DNA of 13,431 nt from Tubiluchus corallicola (Eukaryota > Animalia > Priapulida), in contig JAQGDQ010002141.1 of NCBI GenBank assembly GCA_030141605.1, positions 1 to 13,431 of the forward strand. The letters are read 5' to 3'. Positions 1-8,397 of this stretch are shown here, piece after piece (the first letter of the stretch is position 1; the number at the start of each line of letters is the position of its first letter). The position numbers and the translations under genes were made by a program. A model generated the notes under the pieces. That model had not been told where the DNA came from. It ran no database searches and worked only from the letters and a program-made list of their open reading frames with translations.

Positions 1-7
1 GATAATG

Positions 8-104
<97 letters not shown>
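1..104. repeat. (GATAAT)n grading into (TAA)n microsatellite
   Basis: Directly visible; produces the poly-Ile ORF 5..253. Confidence 0.98.
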
Positions 105-105
<1 letters not shown>

Positions 106-134
106 TAGCCAAACCCCACAAAAAGAATTTTGTG
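105..134 (-). mobile_element. Helitron-type 3' terminus (hairpin + CTAG)
   Basis: Minus strand reads CACAAAA-ttct-TTTTGTG (134-117), then GGGTTTGG-CTAG|T (CTAG at 105-108). It aligns with the CTAGCAAAGGCCCCGCAAAAGATTTTGCG ends at 1848, 2661 and 3482. Confidence 0.75.
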
Positions 135-142
135 CACAAGTC

Positions 143-915
143 AACACACAACCCACACCACACCACTCCACCTCATCACACCACACTGCACCACACCATA
201 CCACTCCACCTCATCGCACCACACCGCACCACACCATACCACCTACACCATAACACTCCACCACATCACACCGCACAGCACCACACCATAACACCACACT
301 GCACCACACCACCCACCCACCTACACACCACACCACCCACACCACCCACACCATACGACTCCACCACATCACACCACACTGCACCACACCATACCACTCC
401 ACCACATCACACCACACTGCACCACACCATACCACTGCACCACTCACGCACCACACCACACCACCCACACCATAATACTCCACCACATCACACCGCACAG
501 CACCACACCATAACACCACACTGCACCACACCACCCACCCACCTACACACCACACCACCCACACCATACCACTCCACCACATCACACCACACCGCACCAC
601 ACCATACCACTGCAGCACACCGCACCACCCACACACCACACCACATCACCCACACCATACGACTCCACCACATCACACCATACCACTGCACCACACCACA
701 CTGCACCACCCACACACCACACCACACCACCCACACCATAATACTCCACCACATCACACCGCACTGCACCACAACACCCACCCACCCACACACCACGCCA
801 CCCACTCCATACCACACTACCCACACCACACCCCACACACCCTATCACCCCACCACACCATCCATAGCACAACACACAAAGCACACCACCACCACACCAC
901 ATCAAACCCACCACC
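143..915. repeat. CACCA-based minisatellite (about 38-bp unit, about 222-bp higher-order repeat)
   Basis: The unit CACCATACCACTCCACCACATCACACCACACTGCACCA recurs; CTCCACCACATCACACCGCACAGC occurs at 256 and 478. Confidence 0.92.
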
Positions 916-1061
916 TCACGTGGTGATCATGATGTTGATGATGATGATGATGGTGGCAACGATGACGACACCTATAGCACAAGCACCAACAGCACAGCAT
1001 TGCAACAAAACCATTCCAAACATTTTTCACAAAGTTGAAACTATGTGCTATAATATAATAA

Positions 1062-1816
1062 ATAGCAAAGGCCCGGGGAAGAGTTTGTATAAAAAACCAC
1101 GTGTAATCAATAAAACGCGAACGTCCTACACAGTCCTCATTTATAACACAACGCCCGTAACATCCTGCATACCGTTTGTTTAACTAACGCAAACCCGTAG
1201 CAGGCAGCTTTTTGCTGAATTAAAGCTATAAGATTATAGCAGAGTACAATGGATGACGTCACAACAATGCCTTTGCGTCAACTCGCCAATACTCCTCTCG
1301 GTGGACCTGCCCTAACATATAGCCCACACCATCGTGTAGCCCCGTTCTTCCTCTTTGTAAAGAGCCCCATATCTCCTTCCGAGAGTCCCACCGGGCGACG
1401 CTAGAACGTTTTTTCCGCAGGCTGTTTGGTCAAAATTTCGAAAAAATCGCGAGTTGGGTCCGGGAAAACGCCCGTTGCGGGACCCCGTGGTCCTCTCGCG
1501 AATTCTAAATAGGCCTATGACACCCACCGCTGAACGGGCTATCTATTCATACCCAGTACCCCCCTCGGCCCGCTCCCGTTCTCTACATCTCAGCCGTATA
1601 ACTTTTTGCAAAAAACGGCCGAAAAAGGGCCATTTTTGGAGGTTTTTCGCCCCCCCTTCCTTCCGGTGGGCCCGATTCGAAAAATAAACCATCAATGGCA
1701 CGACACTAGATCGAGACCTTTCGTTTGATGTATAGATCGCCGCAAATGGTGCCCTCGTCGAAGCTGTAGCCTCGAATCTTATATATATATATATATACCA
1801 AGAATATTAATATAAG

Positions 1817-1817
<1 letters not shown>
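1062..1817 (-). mobile_element. Non-autonomous Helitron copy 1 (decayed 3' end)
   Basis: Homologous to copies 2-4. The 5' end is A|TCTTATATT at 1817. The 3' end is CTAT instead of CTAG and the hairpin is disrupted (GGGGAAGAGTTTGTA on +). No TSD, no transposase ORF. Confidence 0.8.

Positions 1818-1847
<30 letters not shown>
1818..1847. repeat. (TAA)10 microsatellite between Helitron copies 1 and 2
   Basis: Directly visible. Confidence 0.97.
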
Positions 1848-1848
<1 letters not shown>

Positions 1849-2659
1849 TAGCAAAGGCCCCGCAAAAGATTTTGCGTAAAAAACCACGTATAATCAATAA
1901 CACGCGAACATCCTACACAGTCCTCATGTATAACGCAAAGCCCGTAACATCCTGCCTACTTACCTAACGCAAAACCTGTACTCGTGCCTACTTTATGTTT
2001 AACTAACGCAAAGCAGCTTTTTGCTGAATTAAAGCTATAAGCAATAATGGATGACGTCAGCACAATGGAATTCGTCACAACAGTTTTCTAAGCGAAAATC
2101 GCCGAAAATAGAACAGCTAATTAACTCGTCGGTACTCCTCTCGGTGGACCTGCCCTAAAATATAGCCCACATCATCGTGTAGCCCTGTCCTTCCTGTTTG
2201 TAAAGAGCTATAAATCTCCTCCCGAGAGTCCCACCGGGCGCCGCTAGAACGTTTTTCCCGCAGGCTGTTTGGTCAAAATTTCGAAAAAATCGCGAGTTGG
2301 GTCCGGGAAAACGCCCGTTGCGGGACGCCGTGGCCCTCTCGGGAATTCTAAATATGCCTACTACACCTACCGCTGAACGGGCTATCTATCCATACCCAGC
2401 ACCCCCCTCGGCCCGTTCCCGTTCTCTACATCTCAGCCGTATAACTTTTGCAAAAAACGGCCGAAAAATGGCCATTTTTGGAGGTTTTTCGCCCCCCGTT
2501 CCTCCCGGTGGGCCCGATTCGAAAAATAAACCCCCAATGAGACGACACTAGATCGAGACCTTTCGTTTGATGTATAGATCGCCGCAAATGGTGCCCTCGT
2601 CGGAGCTGTAGCCTCGAATCTTATATATATATATATATACCAAGAATATTAATATATGA
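1848..2659 (-). mobile_element. Non-autonomous Helitron copy 2
   Basis: 5' TC followed by a TA-rich tract; perfect hairpin CGCAAAA-ga-TTTTGCG (1861-1876) 9 nt from the terminal CTAG|T; no TSD. Confidence 0.85.
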
Positions 2660-2660
2660 A

Positions 2661-3480
2661 CTAGCAAAGGCCCCGCAAAAGATTTTGCGTAAAAAACCAC
2701 GTATAATCAATAACACGCGAACATCCTACACAGTCCTCATGTATAACGCAAAGCCCGTAACATCCTGCCTACTTACCTAACGCAAAACCTGTACTCGTGC
2801 CTACTGTACGTTTAACTAACGCAAAGCAGCTTTTTGCTGAATTAAAGCTATAAGCAATAATGGATGACGTCAGCACAATGGAATTCGTCACAACAGTTTT
2901 CTAGGCGAAAATCGCCGAAAATAGAACAGTTAATTAACTCGTCGGTACTCCTCTCGGTGGACCTGCCCTAAAATATAACCCACATCATCGGTAGCCCTGT
3001 CCTTCCTCTTTGTAAAGAGCTATAAATCTCCTCCCGAGAGTCCCACCGGGCGCCGCTAGAACGTTTTTCCCGCAGGCTGTTTGGTCAAAATTTCGAAAAA
3101 ATCGCGAGTTGGGTCCGGGAAAACGCCCGTTGCGGGACGCCGTGGCCCTCTCGGGAATTCTAAATATGCCTACTACACCTACCGCTGAACGGGCTATCTA
3201 TCCATACCCAGCACCCCCCTCGGCCCGTTCCCGTTCTCTACATCTCAGCCGTATAACTTTTGCAATTTTTTGCAAAAAACGGCCGAAAAATGGCCATTTT
3301 GGGGGGGTTTTCGCCCCCCGTTCCTCGCGGTGGGCCCCATTCGAAAAATAAACCCCCAATGAGACGACACTAGATCGAGACCTTTCGTTTGATATATAGA
3401 TCGCCGCAAATGGTGCCGTCGTCTGGGCTGTAGCCTCGAATCTATATATATATATATATACCAAGAATATTAATATATGA
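2661..3480 (-). mobile_element. Non-autonomous Helitron copy 3
   Basis: Same termini as copy 2; head-to-tail junction CTAG-T-TC; period about 813-821 bp. Confidence 0.85.
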
Positions 3481-3481
3481 A

Positions 3482-4277
3482 CTAGCAAAGGCCCCGCAAA
3501 AGATTTTGCGTAAAAAACAACGTATAATCAATAACACGCGAACATCCTACACAGTCCTCATGTATAACGCAAAGCCCGTAACATCCTGCCTACTTACCTA
3601 ACGCAAAACCTGTACTCGTGCCTACTGTACGTTTAACTAACGCAAAGCAGCTTTTTGCTGAATTAAAGCTATAAGCAATAATGGATGACGTCAGCACAAT
3701 GGAATTCGTCACAACAGTTTTCTAAGCGAAAATCGCCGAAAATAGAACAGCTAATTAACTCGTCGGTACTCCTCTCGGTGGACCTGCCCTAAAATATAAC
3801 CCACATCATCGTGTAGCCCTGTCCTTCCTCTTTGTAAAGAGCTATAAATCTCCTCCCGAGAGTCCCACCGGGCGCCGCTAGAACGTTTTTCCCGCAGGCT
3901 GTTTGGTCAAAATTTCGAAAAAATCGCGAGTTGGGTCCGGGAAAACGCCCGTTGCGGGACGCCGTGGCCCTCTCGGGAATTCTAAATATGCCTACTACAC
4001 CTACCGCTGAACGGGCTATCTATCCATACCCAGCACCCCCCTCGGCCCGTTCCCGTTCTCTACATCTCAGCCGTATAACTTTTGCAATTTTTTGCAAAAA
4101 ACGGCCGAAAAACGGCCATTTTGGGAGGTTTTTCGCCCTCGGTTCCTCCCGGTGGGCCCGATTCGAAAAATAAACCATCAATGGCACGACACTAGATCGA
4201 GACCTTTCGTTTGATATATATATCGCCGCAAATGGTGCCCTCGTCCGGGCTGTAACCTCGAATCTTATATATTAAGA
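3482..4277 (-). mobile_element. Non-autonomous Helitron copy 4
   Basis: Same 3' hairpin and CTAG; the 5' end reads A|TCTTAATATATAAGATTCG at 4277, followed on + by a rearranged 33-bp hairpin (4278-4310). Confidence 0.82.
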
Positions 4278-4308
4278 TACCAAGAATCTCTTATATTAAT
4301 ATTCTTGG

Positions 4309-4520
<212 letters not shown>

Positions 4521-5037
4521 AAACTCTTCACAAATAAAGCCTAAAAATTCTTCTTCAAATTTTATATCACTCACATGCTGTCAGTAGCACACATGCATTC
4601 GTATTACACGTTTTATCATTCTCTAAGGAAAAGTATTAATTACTCTATATTTAAGAATTTTCATTTTCACTTACATAAGTCTTTCAAACACTTAAGTGTA
4701 ATGTTGGTAATGCTGAAAAAAAATTGAAAAGTTTTTTGCGATATACTTCAAAATTTCCTTTGTTTCTCTTTAACCCTTTCATTTTCAGGCATTTATGAAG
4801 CTAAAAAATCATACTTACTGGGACACCTTCCTATGTACACCATTTTTCCAAGATTCGGAGGAGGAGGAGGTCTCTCTTGTCCTTATTTCATTTTCATCAA
4901 TTGTAGATAAATTGACGGCGAATCAATAAAAAAATATCGATAATTAGCTGGTTGGTTAAACAGAACGCTATTATTCTGTGTTTGCAAAGCCTTCTTATAA
5001 ATAAAAAAACATTTATTTTTATAAGACAAATTTCTAT

Positions 5038-5047
5038 TCAACGATAC
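5038..5047 (-). CDS. Candidate terminal coding exon of a small gene (R-Y-R-stop)
   Basis: Acceptor TTTTGGACCTACAG|G, CTGAC branch-point consensus at 5070-5066, TGA at 5040-5038 and AATAAA at 5017-5012. Confidence 0.35.
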
Positions 5048-5193
5048 CTGTAGGTCCAAAATAATGTCAGACGTATATAAACTACTAGACAAAATTTCAT
5101 TGCATATTAATAATATACATTGCTAGCATAAGAGGTATTGTCTTTTGAGCTATGTTAAGATAATTACTCCTAAAATTAAAACTCTCTTTCCCC

Positions 5194-5292
5194 CTTTCTT
5201 TCTCCTGTTTCTCTTTCTTCACTTCCTGTCTTTTCCTCTTTCTTTCTCCTGTTTCTCTTTCTTCACTTCCTGTCTTTTCCTCTTTCTTTCTC
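5194..5292. repeat. 44-bp pyrimidine-rich tandem repeat, about 2.25 perfect copies
   Basis: CTTTCTTTCTCCTGTTTCTCTTTCTTCACTTCCTGTCTTTTCCT at 5194 and 5238, partial at 5282. Confidence 0.95.
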
Positions 5293-5417
5293 TTGCACAT
5301 ATTATGTAGTTGAATTAGGAGTGAAGGACTGTGTAAAACTCTGCCGATTTTATAATCTTACCACAAGTTAAGCTTAATTTTATTAATTAAGATCATTTTA
5401 GTAACCAAGACCATTAC

Positions 5418-5457
5418 CTATTATAAAAATACAATGCAATACATGATAAACCCCAGA
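5418..5457 (-). CDS. Candidate internal 40-nt exon (VWGLSCIALYFYN)
   Basis: Acceptor TTCTTACAG|, donor TAG|GTAATG, and open in the phase left by the upstream exon. Alternative splice models exist. Confidence 0.35.
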
Positions 5458-5646
5458 CTGTAAGAATTCTAGAGACTAATTTAAAAGAAAACGAAGTAAT
5501 TACGAATTAAATGCCTTATCATGAAAATTATATTTAACTCAAAATTCGAGGAAATACCAAGAATACATTAAGTCACAGCAATGACTTGCAAAAACAATTA
5601 TAATAAATAATCATGGCATGACAACTATGCTTATTAGATTACCTAC

Positions 5647-5707
5647 CTGCTGCTTCGATTCCAAGAACGATGACAATTATAGCAAGTGCGATGATAACTT
5701 TGTTCAT
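5647..5707 (-). CDS. First coding exon with signal peptide/signal anchor MNKVIIALAIIVIVLGIEAA (exon 5730-5647)
   Basis: Acceptor TCTTCTTTGTGCAG| before 5730; ATG with A at -3 (CACAATGA); basic n-region, hydrophobic core and small-residue end; phase-1 donor CAG|GTAGGT. Confidence 0.6.
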
Positions 5708-5828
5708 TGTGATGCCAGAATGTTTGTAACCTGCACAAAGAAGATTTTCATTGAGTATAGACCTGAATGAAAAACAATTACTGCATACACGTATTAATGG
5801 AGTATAGTTAGCTTATATAGAGTCGTAG

Positions 5829-6350
5829 TGTAACTACGGCCATATCACGTTGAAAACACCGGTTCTCGTCTGATCACCGAAGTTACGCAACGTAGAGCCT
5901 CGTTAGTACTTGGATGCGTGACCGCCTAGGAATACCAGGTGCTGTAGGCTTGCGGGATGCCTATGCTGGAGCTGCACAAGCAACCAACGGCTAGAGGGCG
6001 GAGGTCAAGTGACCCAACGGCCATGCGTAGAGGAGTAAACCTTCCAAATCAGGAGTGGAGCCCCGAAGGCCGACCAGTGCAGCATGCTCACTGACTCCAG
6101 CAGCTCCTGCAGCCAACCTGGTGCCAAACGTATCGATCCGCTTTGCTTTGGACTACACCAGGGAGGAAGGGAGGGGGTTCCTGCAGTCTGGGCAACTCAG
6201 GATCTCCATACACCTTACCCAGGCGTGCGCCCTGGAGACGTTCAAGGATCACACTGCTCAGCCACAGTCGACGCTGCAGCTCCATCAATGTGATCAATGA
6301 CTCTCTTGGCGCACACTCCATTGTCTTCGGAGACAGAAGGATGCCAACAC
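5829..6350 (+). mobile_element. 5S rRNA-headed SINE with RTE-like body, copy A
   Basis: TSD AGAGTCGTAG at 5819-5828 and 6351-6360. Structure is TGT + 120-nt 5S head with no oligo-T terminator + about 400-bp body shared with copy B. The 3' part translates RSRITLLSHSRRC and ends in the stem-loop CCATTGTCTTCGGAGACAGAAGGATGCCAAC. Confidence 0.88.
5832..5951 (+). rRNA. 5S rRNA-derived sequence (SINE head; probably not a functional 5S gene)
   Basis: AACTACGGCCATATCACGTTGAAAACACCGGTTCTCGTCTGATCACCGAAGTTACGC...TAGTACTTGGATGCGTGACCGCCTAGGAATACCAGGTGCTGTAGGCTT matches the metazoan 5S consensus over its full length, with substitutions in box A and box C. Confidence 0.92.
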
Positions 6351-6532
6351 AGAGTCGTAGACGTTCCATGTAACAGTGGTCGAAATGTTGGAAACCTCTT
6401 CTCACCCGCCACTCGAGACAATTCTGTAAGTTTTCGGTGCTTCTGAATGTTCCGCCCACGCAAAGCTACCCACCCGCAGGCCAACATTATTGCACATTCC
6501 TTCAACAAATTATACTAGCCCTCTCTGCCAGT

Positions 6533-6711
6533 CTGCCAAGAATTCGTAGAGTGCCAAGGCGCTAAGAACGCCAAGTGGCCAAGACCGCCGAGCTGCCAAG
6601 AATGTCAAGTTGCCAAGAAAACCAAGCTTCCAAGATTGTCACACTGTCAGTAATGTCAAGTTGTTAAGAAAACAAAGTTGCCAAAGAAGCCAAGCAGCTA
6701 AGGAAGCAAAG
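6533..6711. repeat. Degenerate 17-bp minisatellite (consensus near YTGCCAAGAATGCCAAG)
   Basis: Nine in-register 17-mers from 6559 to 6711, each made of two 8-9 bp GCCAAG subunits. Confidence 0.8.
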
Positions 6712-7379
6712 TTTTCACAATCATAAGCGAAAAATTGCCATCTCAATTACAAACCGTTTGTACGTTTAGGATACGGCCTGTACTATTAATGAAACTAAGG
6801 TGGCACGAAATGTGAGTTTGTGAGGTAGTTAACGCAAGTTTAAGCTAAATTTGAACTAGCGATGGATGTACTGCCTAGTACAACATCAGAGGAAGCTGTG
6901 AAAATATTTTAACGTAAACTTACTTGTACGGAAATGAATGAGCTTTCAATCCCCGAGTAGCTACAGAACTCTGCGTACGTTCTAATCTAAAATTAAATGG
7001 TTACAGAATTTAATGGTCCTAAACCTTTTACAAATGCTGCTGAATAAAAAACGCAAAACCTGAATTCACGATCGATTGTGCCACGCCCATGCAAGTCATG
7101 GAATATTAATTATGGGCAACCCTGGATTACTAGGTTCCAAGGTGTTCAGGGAATCAAGAGGCCAATAATAGATGTCACCTTCAAAATTAAAATGGAATAA
7201 ATTATCATGGAGGTCCTGCTCCTCTTCCAGCCAGGTTTGCATTTGAATTTTATTGCTTTGGTTGTAAATCTTCAACATCAGTAGATGACAGGGATATATT
7301 TAAATGCACAAAGATAATGGGATATCGAGTTTGTTCACAATGCTTTACAAACACTCAACACTTTTTTAATTGATTTTTT

Positions 7380-7899
7380 AGACACAGTGTGTTGCTTTAC
7401 AGTCATGGTTGGCATCCTTCTGTCTCGGAAGACAATGGAGTGTGCGCCAAGAGAGACACGGTGTGTTGCTTTACAGTCATGGTTGGCTTCCTTCTGTCTC
7501 GGAAGACAATGGAGTGTGCGCCAAGAGAGACACGGTGTGTTGCTTTACAGTCATGGTTGGCATCCTTCTGTCTCGGAAGACAATGGAGTGTGCGCCAAGA
7601 GAGACACGGTGTGTTGCTTTACAGTCATGGTTGGCTTCCTTCTGTCTCGGATGACAATGGAGTGTGCGCCAAGAGAGGCACGGTGTGTTGCTTTACAGTC
7701 ATGGTTGGCTTCCTTCTGTCTCGGATGACAATGGAGTGTGCGCCAAGAGAGGCACGGTGTGTTGCTTTACAGCCATGGTTGGCTTCCTTCTGTCTCGGAA
7801 GATAATGGAGTGTGCGCAAAGAGAGACACGGTGTGTTGCTTTACAGTCATGGTTGGCATCCTTCTGTCTCGGAAGAAAATGGAGTGTGCGCCAAGAGAG
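7380..7899. repeat. 74-bp tandem array, 7 copies, spanning the 3' junction of SINE copy B
   Basis: Units start at 7387, 7461, 7535, 7609, 7683, 7757 and 7831; each contains flank, the TSD and about 49 bp of SINE tail. Confidence 0.97.
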
Positions 7900-8397
7900 T
7901 CAGTTATTGATCACATTGATGAAGCTGCAGCGTCGACTGTGGCTGAGCAGTCCGATCTTTGAACGTCTCCAGGGCGCACGCCTGGGCAAGGTGTATGGAG
8001 ATCCTGAGTTGCCTAGACAACAGCAACCCCCTCTCTTCCTCTCTGGTGTAGTCCAAAGGAAAGCGGAGTGATACGTTTGACACCAGGTTGGCTGCAGGAG
8101 CTGCTGGAGTCAGTGAGCATGCTGCACTGGTCCGCCTTCGGGGCTCTACTCCTCATTTGGATGGTTTACTCCTCTACACATGACCGTTGGGTCACTTGAC
8201 CTCCTCCGGCCTCTAGCCGTTGGCTGCTTGTACAGCTCCTCGGCCTAGTGTCGAGATACAGTGTGTGCACCTCGAAGCCTACAGCACCTGGTATTCCTAG
8301 GCTGTCACCCATCCAAGTACTAACCAGGCTCTACGTTGCTTAACTTCGGTGATCAGACGAAAACCGGTGTTTTCAACGTGATTTGGCCGTAGTCACA
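7851..8397 (-). mobile_element. 5S rRNA-headed SINE with RTE-like body, copy B
   Basis: TSD TTTACAGTCAT at 7840-7850 and 8398-8408; starts with TGT + 5S; body homologous to copy A; minus strand 7965-7927 translates RSKIGLLSHSRRC. Confidence 0.88.
8275..8394 (-). rRNA. 5S rRNA-derived sequence (SINE head)
   Basis: Reverse complement GACTACGGCCAAATCACGTTGAAAACACCGG...AGTTAAGC...GGATGGGTGAC...GCTGTAGGCTT, 120 nt, with no T-run terminator. Confidence 0.92.

Noticed and set aside
143-915. Telomeric repeat
   Set aside because: C-rich strand bias is present, but there is no TTAGGG or TTAGG unit and the tract is internal to a Helitron-bounded segment.
5-926. Poly-Ile, His/Thr/Pro-rich and Val/Trp/Cys-rich ORFs
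   Set aside because: These are translations of (TAA)n and CACCA repeats, open in several frames on both strands.
1454-4173. Four similar 77-84 aa ORFs starting MGPGKRPLRD
   Set aside because: They start at TTG, lie inside the Helitron units, frameshift between copies and show no Rep or helicase motifs.
6055-6508. Overlapping ORFs in the SINE body as genes
   Set aside because: They are GC-rich repeat sequence; only a short RTE-like C-terminal remnant is meaningful.
7096-7278. 60-aa minus-strand ORF (TWLEEEQDLHDNLFHF...)
   Set aside because: It looks protein-like and could be a transposase relic, but I found no recognisable motif or splice support; it needs a BLAST/HMM search.
7380-7899. CRISPR-like regular array and its ORFs
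   Set aside because: There are no unique spacers and no cas genes, the context is eukaryotic, and the 74-bp unit is not a multiple of three.
5832-8394. Functional 5S rDNA cluster
   Set aside because: The copies are inverted, lack T-run terminators, carry promoter-box or stem substitutions and are bounded by TSDs together with a shared downstream body.
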